Of a stretch of 64,000 nucleotides of DNA, positions 10,172 to 20,420 are shown piece by piece. A program made the position numbers and the translations under genes. The notes under the pieces are model-generated. The model ran no database searches and was not told where the DNA came from. It saw nothing but the letters and a program-made list of their open reading frames with translations. Numbering within the stretch: the first letter of the stretch is position 1; every line of letters begins with the position of its first letter. This DNA comes from Lama guanicoe (Eukaryota), in NCBI GenBank assembly GCA_013239625.1, contig MU055549.1:6823693-6887692 (forward strand), read 5' to 3'.

Positions 10172-13100
10172 TCTCAGGCTCAGTCGAGTTCCCATTTGCA
10201 GGTCACAGGTGAGGACACTGAGGCTGGGAGAGGCAGCCCCACCTGGCCTGAGCCTGCAGCCGGTGTGTGGCTGCCCGTCTGGCCTGGCCTTCCACTTGTC
10301 AGGTGAGGGAACCGGGGCCCAGAGACGGGAAGTGACTTGTCAGACGGGCCAGAACTGCTCAGGGCAGAGCCAGGGCCACAACCCGTGTTTCCTGAGTCCT
10401 CCTCTCTGCACACAGGCCACCCTGCCTCTTTTCATTTTTGTTTTTTCTTTAACCCCTCTTCTCTTTGGGGTTTGAATCATGTTTTGATTAAACTCACTGT
10501 GCTGTAAGTAGGTCTGACTGAAGGACACGTCATGGGCGTCTTAGGCTAAGTGGCTTAGCCTTTCAGTAGATTATCTCTGGGGCCCTGCCGTGTCTCCCGT
10601 CCTCTGTTCTCTGCCCTCCTCTCCCTCGCCCTGGTTTGGAGAAGGCGGCGTCTAGTCTGTGCTCAGTAAGTACCGGTCCTCCTCCCCTCCCTACCCCCGT
10701 CCTTCGTTTCCTTCCTTTTGCGTTGGCTCAGCAAGTTCTCGTCCGTGGTGCGCTCTTCTTTCGGAGTCTTTGGAGGGTGAAAACGACGGGGACGGTAGCG
10801 AGAATTGCGGGAGTGCTGATAGGAACCTCGCCTGTCAGTTACTTCTCGTTGATAAATGAGCTCTTGACAAGTCTTGCGTGCAGTTGGCTTCAGTTTCAAG
10901 AAGCAACACAGGCTGTCTCGTTCCCATGTTCGGATTTGTTTTGGCTCTGGGTCTCAGCACTTCCATGTCCCTGAATAATGTCCTTCCTCCCTCTCCTCTT
11001 GAAATGTTATTTGCTTAAAGAAACAGAAGACCCCTCCGACACTGTGAGAGTGACTGTGTGAAGTCCCAGGGCACAGAGTCCCAGTTGGGTTCAGCAGCTC
11101 ATTTTACTGTTTTGTTTTGTTTCCCTCCATTAAGAACGTCTTATAAGGGAGCCCGGGCCACTTTGTTCAGCCCAGGGCACAGGGTGGGTCCCTTTCTAGC
11201 CAGGTAATGTGACTGCCAGTCCTTCCCTGAGTGTGGGCCTGACCTGAAGGTCTAGTCCAGGGAACGTCTGTTTGTCCCAGTTACTGAAGAAAACACCGCC
11301 CAGGATGCACCTTACTCGGGGTGGGGGCCAGCGGGTGGGGTGAGCGCACCTCCTCTAAGCACAGCAGGGGCTTTATTCTTACAGCAAGAAGGTATTGCAC
11401 CCTCCAGAGTCCGATGCAGCCACGCGTCAGCTGTGTGACTTTAACCAGGTCGTGTGCCTCTCTGAGCCTAGTTTCCTCACTTGTCACACACAAACGGGAA
11501 CCCGAGCGAGCCTGAGGCTCAGTAATGGATTTGACTGTCCAGCAGCCACACCTGGTGCTTGGAGGATGACAGGCTCATTCCCTGCCCACTCCCAGCAGCT
11601 CTTGCTGGAGCTGTGGAGACATGATCTCTTAGCCAGTTTGCAAGCACTTAACAAGGGCCTGCTGTCTGCTGGAAACTGTGCTCACCTCAGGACTTAAGTA
11701 CCTCTAGGCACCTCTTAAGGTGCCCCACCTTACTGTCTTGACTCCCTTAACTTCCCTACTTAACTGTGAGTATTTGATTGCTCAGTTAAACTGACCAAAC
11801 GCTGAAGCACAGATGCTAGATTTGCAACGCACCCCTTCTCTCCAAGCTGCCCCTGCGGCACCTCGGGCCACACCTCAACCTCCTGGACATAACACTGCAC
11901 TTGGGGTTCCACAGGCAGGGAGTGGGGAGGCGAGACGGTGGGAGTGAAACATAACGTTGCTGCTTTCCGTCCCTAAGGGTGAGGGTGGGCAGCCAGGCAC
12001 CATGTGAGAAGTGCCTTCCAGGAAAGCCAGGGTGCTCCCAGGCCCGGGGGAGAGGCACTGGCTTCTTACTACATCAGCCAGAATCTGCGTCCATCGGCCC
12101 CCGTCTCCCTGGGCCTAGGCCTCCCGCTGCCCCTCCACTGTGGCCCACCCTGCTCTTCTCTGCAAGTCCACTCCCAGGGCGTTCACGGGGAGTCCTCCAC
12201 ACGTGTAGTCTGGGTGTGGACCTGCCTCAGTCCTCTGGTCACTGTCTGTTCCCTGAGTCAATGACAAAAACGGGGACGAGCACTGGACTCGAGGTCCAGA
12301 AGTCATGCTTCCATTCCCAGCTCGGCCCGGACGAGCTGCGGCACCCTGGATGAGCTGTTTAACTGTGCTCTGCGTCATGATAGGATAGCAGTTATCCTTG
12401 TTCTGCCCACCTCGAGTGGAAAGTTAAGGTTGGTAAGACGGGGCACTTTAAGAAGTGCCTGGAGGTACTGAAGTCCTCAGGTGAGCACAGTTCCCAGCAG
12501 AGCTTAGCCGCTTGCAAACTGGCTAACAGATCGTGTCTTCACAGCTCCAGCAGGAGCTGCTGGGCGGGGGCAGGGAACGTGCTTGTGAATCCTACAAGCA
12601 CCTCACTAGGGTGTGGCTGCTGGACAGTCAAGTCCATTACTGAGTCTCAGGCTCACTTGGGATCTCGTTTGTGTGTGACAGGTGAGGAAACTAGGCTCGC
12701 AGGGGAGAATGGCCTCGCTAAAGCCACACAGCTGATGTGTGTAAGATCCTTATGACGAAGTTTACAGATCCTGGAGTAGAAGCGTTAGTGGTTAAGACAG
12801 AGACTTTGGGACTCAGCAGATGTGGCCTGAGCCCTCGTTCTACCCTTCACAGCTGGGTGACCTTGGGCCTGGGCCTCCGCTGCCCCCCTGTAAAGCGGAA
12901 AAACATTCACAGGGATGCTCTGAGGATACGGTCAGCACAGGGCCTGGCACTGTTGCTGTGACTGGTCTTTCATTCATGCTTGTTATAAGGTGGACTCCGT
13001 GTCACCTGTTACTTCTGCAAATAAGAAGAAGATACTAGGAAAATGGTGAACAAAAATGTATTATTTCTTTTTCTGGGTACTGCCTCTCTTCTGGAGTTTC

Positions 13101-16100
13101 CCTAAATCAGTAGGGTTTGGTACTGAGCATGTCCATGGTGTTCAACTATTGACTTCTAAGAGGTTTCATTTGTCTGTTTCTCTGTCGGTGTATTGAAGGT
13201 GGTGAAGGCAGAGCCGTCTTTTTTTGGTGAACTTTTAGTAGGACCTGAAGACTTGGGAACCTGGGCTGAGGGTGTTAGTTTAAATGTTCCACTGCAGTCT
13301 GGGAAACACATTCTCTGGGCATGTCCTCTTATTGAAACTCCAGACTCTCTTTCCAATATCAACTCGGTCTGGGAAAGTATGGGCTCTTGATAAAGTTCCT
13401 AGGCAGCGTTTAACTTTTATCCTTTAAACTCAGATGACTTAGCTGTACAAACAGCAAGCAAAAGGCGTCCCCAGGCAGATTAAATTGCCTTTTCTTGGCA
13501 GATAGGAACCTTGACTCCCGACCACAGGGTTCCTCTCTCCTCCCCTCCCTTCTCTGGGTTTGTCACAGGACCTGGCAGGACGCAGCATGACCCACCGAGA
13601 GATGCACTTCCCCAAATGTTCAGTCAGTTTGCTCCTAGATCCTGCCCACAGATTGCATCGGTCACACCAACAGCTGAAGTTATGAAAGTTTCAAAGTGCA
13701 TACGGCCTTCCCGAAGACCTTGTAGGATTGCTGTTTCCCTCCCATTTCCTTTGCTTAATGGGAGGGGGAAATGGAAGCTCTGAAAGGAATGGCTTGCTCG
13801 CGCCATCAGGAAAATCACTGTCAGTGGCCAAGGTTATGTTTAGGTTTTGCTCTGGGTCCTGCGTTTGGGGTGATGAGATGTTCTTCTGCTATAAAACTAA
13901 CTTGTACAAGTAGTAAACACAGGATAAGGATATTAAAAGGAGGAAACGTTTAATTGCCGGGGCAATTTCCAGTGTGGTCAGTTTCTTTTTAAGGGGTAGC
14001 TCTTCCAGATGCAATACAGAAGCGTTTGGTAAATTCCTATAATCTTCTTAAGAGTTATATAGAATTTTAGACTTTACAACACTTTTCTGCATATATAAAG
14101 TCATTTAGCGTGCACCAGGCAGGTTTCCCATTTGCCAGAAACTAAGAGTCTCGACCACAGTGATATCAGACAGCTGGGTTCAAGGGTAGCAGATGAATGA
14201 AGGCACATTGGAGATGGCAGAGCAAGAACAAGATAGGAAGGACTCGTGTGAGAAAGTTGTCCCCTGTCCCTGCAGTGGTCTGAGGAAGCAGACCTGGGTT
14301 CAGATCTTGCCCTCACCCCTGCTAGCTGTAGGATCTTGGGCAAATGCTTGATTTATTTTCTTGGAGCCTCAGTCTTCTCATCTGGAAAATGGGAATACTA
14401 CTGACGACAATGTGTGCTCGCAGGAATTGGAGAGATGAAATGAGAAGAGCCCATAGTTGGTGCTCAGGGAGGTGGGAGGTGGAGGCTGGGAGTGCAGCTG
14501 GGTGGAGGCTCGAGGGGGCGGAGTGCCAGGGGGTGGATGGAGGCCTTTTGCTGACTGCGGGCAGTGTCACTTGGCACCCCTCAACCATCTGTCTGGGCCC
14601 TCCCACCCTGCAGGCCTGGCTCTGGGCACAGTGCTGAGACGCTCATGCTGTCATTGGGCAGACATACCCTTGGGGTAAGGACTGCGGCTGTGGACAGGGC
14701 CCTCTACCACCACGTCTGCACCCTGCACCCAGGGGCTGTGAAGGTGTCAGGGGGTTAGGGTCACTGGTCAGTAGAAAGTCTGACTTTGCCTTTTGCTCTT
14801 CCAGTGGAAGTCCTAGCGAGGATGAGCCACTGAGTGGAGGCTCCTGGGTCACAGCCGGGGAGCGTGTGTCCCCTGAATAGGCTGGACACCTGCTGAGGGG
14901 AGACCCTTGCCGAGCCCTCGTCCAGCAGACACCCGGCACCCAGATGTGTGTGGAGGCCTAGCGGGGACCCTCTGTCTGCCGTGAGCGCTGAGCAGGGAGT
15001 CTCAGTGGAGAGGTGGGAGGTAAATTCGAGGACCGGGAAGTGACAAGATTTAAACAGACGCCAGGGAGACTGCCGTTGTGGAGGGATGATGTTGGCAGGC
15101 AGAGATGCTGAGCACAGTGGCTACTTGTGTAAAGGGGAGTGGACGCTGGTGTCTGGGGCCTCCTGTGTGCTAAGCTCTTTGTACACATTTTCTTACTGAC
15201 GTCTCCCAGCAGTCCCCAGAGCGAAGGTGTTCTCTCTGTCATTTTAAAGATGAGGAAGCCAAAGTCAGGTGACTTTCAAAGTGACATTGAAGCTGCCCAA
15301 TGCCTTCGGACGTGTCCTCGCCCCACCTTGCATATGGGCTTGTGGGTACAGACAGTGGCTTGAGGGCTTTTAAAAATAAATTGTATATGTGTGTGCGGTA
15401 CAGTTCACTCTTCGGTGTTTAGTTCTGTTGAGTTTTGACAAATGCGTAGATGGAGTGTGCTTCTTAAATTCAAAATTTTTACACAGAAATTTTTTTCTGT
15501 TTCTTTAATTTTGTATCTATATAAGATGACAGACTAAACTTACTGTGGTCATCATTTCATGATGTATGTAAGTCAGATTGTTACGCTGTACACCTTGAAC
15601 TGATACAGTAAACTTGAACTTATGTCTCAGTAAAACTGGAAGAAAAATTAAAAGAAAATTTGAGGTTGTTATAAATTCACACAAACATAGTGGTTGTAAG
15701 AAATAATAGAAATCCTGTGTACCGTTTACTCAGGGTCCCTCAACAGTAACATGTTGCAAAACCGTAGTGCGAATGACAAGCAGGAAATTGACACTGATGC
15801 AGATACAGAACATTTCCATCTCCTCGCGGCTCCCTGCTGCTGCCTTTCCCTAACCACGCCCTCCTCCCTCCCACTCCCGTACCCCCATCCCAACCCCCCA
15901 GCCACTACTCGTCTCGTCTTCCTTTCTATAATTTTGTCACTTCAAAAACGCCATGTAAATGGAACAATGCAATAATTAACCTTTAGGGATTGGGATTTTT
16001 CGCTCAGCATAATTCCTTGGAGATGCATCCAAGTAGGTACCAACCGTTCATCCCTTTCTACTGCTGAGGAGTGTTCCATGGTGTGCTTGTTCCGCAATTT

Positions 16101-16511
16101 GTTTAGCCAGTCATCCGTTGAGGGACATCTGGGTTGTTTCCTGGTTTTGGCTGTTATGGATAAAGCTGTTATGAACATTCATGTGCAGGTTTTTGTGTGA
16201 ACATAAGTTTGCGCTGCTCTGGGATGAATGCCAAGGCGTGCGCTTGCTGGGCTGTACGGTAGTTGCTTGTGGGGCTTTGAGGGATGTGTTTGGGATGGAG
16301 AAGCAGGGTTGGGGGTCTTGCTGCAGAGGGCCTGGGTGGGACGTACAGGCCTGGGGGCTCCTCCCTGACATCCTGGGTGGGCTGCTTCACCTGCCTGTGA
16401 AATGGGGATAATTGAACCTGTCATGTAACTCATGCATATAAAGGTATACAGTAGGTGCTCAGTAGATGGAAACAGTTGTTAATATGAGTTACGAGAAGAC
16501 CCACCAGGCCA
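10172..16511 (+). repeat. Tandem segmental duplication, copy 2 (6340 bp)
   Basis: Matches copy 1 apart from a 21-bp deletion at about 10273 and at least five substitutions (11154, 11917, 12193, 12397, 13149). Unique sequence resumes at 16512 (gggcagagtctg). Confidence 0.97.
11421..12741. repeat. Second copy of the long inverted repeat: arms ~11421-11756 and ~12416-12741
   Basis: Copied with the tandem duplication (offset 6341). Confidence 0.92.
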
Positions 16512-17214
16512 GGGCAGAGTCTGTGCCCCAGAGGTGGCCTCAGGAGGCCGTTACCTTGCTGCTGGTGGGCTCTGGGGCCTCCTTTTTCCCTTGGGCAGAG
16601 CTGTGCACCCAGCTGTCCCTCAAAGGCCGAGTTCCTGGCTTCTCCCTGAGAAGTCCCTGGCCCCGTTCTCAGACTGGGCTGTGAGTCTCTGGACGTGCAC
16701 TGGCATTCCCCAATGAGCCTGGCCAGGCCCATGCCACGGATCAAAGGAATCCCAGGGAATTCCAGATAGTGCCAGGTTCTGCTGGTCTGGATTTGCCTCA
16801 CAGGGTCTGGGAATGTGCCCAGATCATTTCAGATGTTGCTATGATTTAGCCTAATTCCAGAAACGTGTACAGCTCTTGCTGTAGTCAAGGCCCTGTGCTA
16901 GGTGTTGCAAAGGGTTCGGAAAAAATCAGTCTTTCAACGGATCGACACAGCCAACTCCAGCTCTTTGGGGAGCCTGCTGTGGCCTCATGGTCAAGTCTCC
17001 ATTCAGTCTGGCATTCAGAGCCTTTGGTCTGGTGGGAATCTGTCTTTTGAGCCCCTTGTCCGGCTGCTGCCCCCTTTCCACGTGCCCTGGGTGTCCGCCA
17101 CCAGTGTGGTAACTGCCCCCCCACGCCGTGTTCAGGCCGGGCCGCCATGCTTTGCTCACTCTTCCCGCTGCCTGGTGACTCTTCCTTTCCTGCTGCAATC
17201 TTGCCTAGTTTCTT

Positions 17215-17500
17215 TTTAATAAAAAGGTGTCGTAGGTACTGGTTGAAATATTCGCACAGCGTGTGCGGGCGTAAAGCTGTACCGTCAAGGTGCCTCGTCC
17301 CGCTGCAGGGGCACGTGGCTGTGGGGCCACGCGGTACTGCCTTCTTGCTGTTTTCATATACAGTGTATCTTGGAGAGTTTTGTGTCTGTACCATTAGAAT
17401 CCCCTCATTAAAACCGTGGTGCGGGTGGTGTGGTATTTGCATAGCTACGCCAGGGTTTCTGTAACCAGTACCCTCTTGATGGCCATCCAGGTTGCCGCCG
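17215..17500 (-). mobile_element. Ancient L1 (L1ME-like) fragment, GC-shifted
   Basis: cttgctgttttcatatacagtgtatcttggagagtt...taaccagtaccctcttgatggccatccaggttg resembles the antisense L1ME 3' region. Confidence 0.5.
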
Positions 17501-18099
17501 CTCCTGGGCCCTTATAGGCAGCGCTGCGCGTCGTTGGCCCTGTGAAAAGGGGTCTGTTTGCCACTCAGCTCCAGTGCCCTCCTCCTGTCTGCCTTTGGCA
17601 GCTGTGGTGCCTGCACTCACAGTGCTCTTTCCATGACTCCCGAGGACAGGAATTAGTGGCGGACCGTCTTCCTCCTTCCAGTGCCTGCCATGTTTGCCGA
17701 CCCCCAGTTCCCGGGAGCGCATGGTGCCCCAGTATTCACCGGCCTCTGCGCCCTGGCCTTTTCTAGCGGTAGGGCAGGGGCAGAGCTGTGAGAGCTGGGT
17801 CGCCTGCACCACTTCCTCTGTTTGGCTTCATGCTTGGTACGCAGCAGCTGCATCAGATGGGCTAACGTGTTTCCATGGTGATAGACTTCCATGGCACCAT
17901 TCTTACTGGTTCTTACTGGCTGCCTACTGTTTCACCAGAGGCTTGGGCTGTAATATAGCTAGTCCCTTCTTGATGGAATTTAGTTTTGAAAAGTTTTGAT
18001 GGAATTTTCCTTTTAAAAAATTTGAGAGGACAGATGCCTGGGTGTCCATTGCTGAGAAAAGATGGGGGCCCATGGGCTCCCCTGTGACACTAGTGACAG

Positions 18100-18340
18100 T
18101 CGCTACTGTTGCCTGAGCACTTCTTCAGATGAGCCGGGTTTCTCCCTGAGCCAAGGGCCAGAGCTTGGTTTCCATAGGGTACAGTCAACTGAGGCAGGCA
18201 CTGCGGTCCCTGTTCTGTGGAGAGGGAAGCCGAGGTTCAGAGAGTAACACGTAACTTGGCAAAGGTCACTCGGACAAGACATTTCAAGAGCTGGGATTCC
18301 AACTCAGGTGTGCTCGACTCAGGACCTGAGCTTGTAACCA
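18100..18340 (-). mobile_element. MIR SINE
   Basis: agggaagccgaggttcagagagtaacacgtaacttggcaaaggtcac...gagctgggattccaactcaggtgtg...cttgtaacca. Confidence 0.7.
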
Positions 18341-19704
18341 CGAACCCTCCTGCCTATTAGGGAAGAAGGGGGTGGGGGGAGGGCAGGTCACCCCCGGGCC
18401 TTGGGGCAATGGCTGGCCGCCCCAAAACTGAATCAAGGTTTCACCCAGAGGGAAGACGGCTGCCATCAGGCCTCGCCTCTGTCTCTGAGCGGCACAAAGG
18501 GTCCCTTTGAAGAGAGAGTCCCCAAGTGCCCCTCGGGGCACTGTCCCGCTCCCGAGCCAAACATCCAGGGGGCTGGCGAGCATTCCTGGCTCAGCTTTCT
18601 GGCCAGACTCGGAGGAGTGATCTGAAATTCTTTGCTAGGGCAGATCATACTTGGTCAGAACGTGTCACTTCTATATTGATGTGGCTTTGAAGCTCTGCAG
18701 GTCTCCCAGTGTGACCTGGGAGCCTGTTGTCTCCACCGGGCCTCCCCCCTGAACAGTCAATCCTTTGAAAATGTATTGATTTTCCTCCTCCCCTTCCCTG
18801 CTTTTGCACTTTGGATGAACCTTGTTTTCGAAGAACAGTAGAAGGTAATTTTCCTGGGCTTGCCAGCTGGCCCGTAATTGAGCAATTTCAATAACACCCA
18901 CTGTAAAGTCTAATCGAAGTACACAGGAAAATATGATTTACAATCTGGACAGCAAGTAAATACCAGGGCGCAATTAATTTTTACACAGAGTAGCAGATTC
19001 TAGAACATTTTCCTGCACTGACCGGTTTGTTTTTAATTACAGGTTGGGAACGGCCTTTTTATTTAGTTTTTACTCTTATTATCATTACTTTTTGCTTTCT
19101 AACACTTTTTAGGTTCCTTGGACCTGTCTGGCTTTCTCTGCAGGCGTGACCACAGATGAGTGGGAAGGAGACAGGATCAGAGATTAATTTATAAGGTGTG
19201 ACTTTCCCGCCCTGAACTGAACGGCCACACTCTTGGGGCGTCTGCTTGTGGGAGATGCCGGTAGATGAGGGAGATGCCCCGGCTGTGTAGAGTGATGGTA
19301 CCAGCCGCTCCTGGGAGCTCAGAGGGGTGTGCGCAGACCCTGCAAGGGCTGTGGCTTGGTTTGGCACATTCTGAGGAAGGGGACAGAGCTACAGAGGCCC
19401 CCAGTGTTGCAAATGTGTCATGGTGGAAACGTGGTGCTTCCAAGGATGGGAAGTACGTGCCTTTAAATGGACCCTCCTGGTTCTTCCAGAAGCTTCTGTT
19501 CAGACCTGGGTGGACAGGAGCCACCTTGCTGGCTGCCGAGCTCTGACCCCTTGGGATCTGACTGCAGGGTGAGCACATATCTGGCTTCAGCCAACCTTGG
19601 GTTGTCTGCAGAACCAGCTCAGTGTAAGAAGTCAGACAACTTGAGGACACTTTGGGGACAGCATACTGAGGAGCCCAGACCTGGAGATCTGTCATAAAGC
19701 TTCC

Positions 19705-19915
19705 ACGTGCAGTTACTAAGTACTACATATAAAAAAGATAAGCAGCAGGTTTCTACTGTACAGTGCAGGGAAATAGATTCAATGCCTTGTAATAACCTGT
19801 AATGAGAAATAATATGAAAAGGAATATTTATATACATATATAACTGAATCACCATGCTCTACACCAGAAATCAATGTAACATTGTAAACCCACTATACTT
19901 CAATAAAAAAATAAA
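19705..19915 (+). mobile_element. 5'-truncated cetartiodactyl (camelid-like) L1 3' end with A-rich tail
   Basis: actacatataaaaaagataagcagcagg...tataactgaatcaccatgctctacaccagaaatcaatgtaacattgtaaacccactatacttcaataaaaaaataaaa. Imperfect flanking repeat ataaagcttcca / ataaaagttcca as a possible target-site duplication. Confidence 0.85.
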
Positions 19916-20161
19916 AGTTCCATGAGGCTGAACTGAGATTCACTGTTGTGCACATCAGCACGTTGACTTTAGGTTGGTGTAGGGGATGGGGACTCAGAAA
20001 AGGTGACTCTGGCCTTGGTGGCCCTCCCAGGATGCTTCTCCTCCAGAGGGAAGGCAGTTCCATTCCCAGCGGGGTCCCAGCGTGGAGGGGAGTGGGCTGC
20101 TCTCTCTGGGCCCTGGTCTTCCCCAGTTCTGAATCTCTTTGCCTTTCTTTTGTCTTTGCAG

Positions 20162-20342
20162 GGAGCTGACGACACGTGGCTGTTTCCTGGAAGAGCCCCA
20201 CCCCGAGGGTGAGTGGCTGGGAAGGAGCTGCTTCTGCTGACAACGTCACCTGGAAGGCGCCCAGGAGGTCTGCCCAAGTCTGCTGACCTGAAGATGGCTC
20301 GTGCCCACCCTGAGCTGGCGCCCAGCGCCTGAGGTCCTTACC
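20162..20342 (+). other. FAM53B: FAM53B start-codon exon, 5' UTR portion
   Basis: A polypyrimidine tract and acceptor (ctctttgcctttcttttgtctttgcag) end at 20161. The exon runs 181 nt to the ATG at 20343. The boundary is inferred from the splice consensus only. Confidence 0.75.
20294..20332 (+). promoter_or_regulatory. Upstream ORF in the FAM53B 5' UTR (MARAHPELAPSA*)
   Basis: aagATGg has A at -3 and G at +4. Twelve codons follow, then TGA at 20330-20332, 10 nt before the main ATG. Whether it is translated is inferred. Confidence 0.6.
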
Positions 20343-20420
20343 ATGGTGATGATCCTGAGTCAGAGCCTCGACAAGCAGGGAGCTGACCCCGTAGCATGCA
20401 GGACCTTCAACCCTGAGCTG
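20343..20420 (+). CDS. FAM53B: FAM53B (Simplet) first coding exon, MVMILSQSLDKQGADPVACRTFNPEL
   Basis: Kozak accATGg; 78 nt; phase-0 donor CTG|gtaagg at 20421. The peptide resembles the FAM53B N-terminus as I recall it (human MVMVLSESLSTRGADSIACGTFSREL). Too short for the ORF track. Confidence 0.93.
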
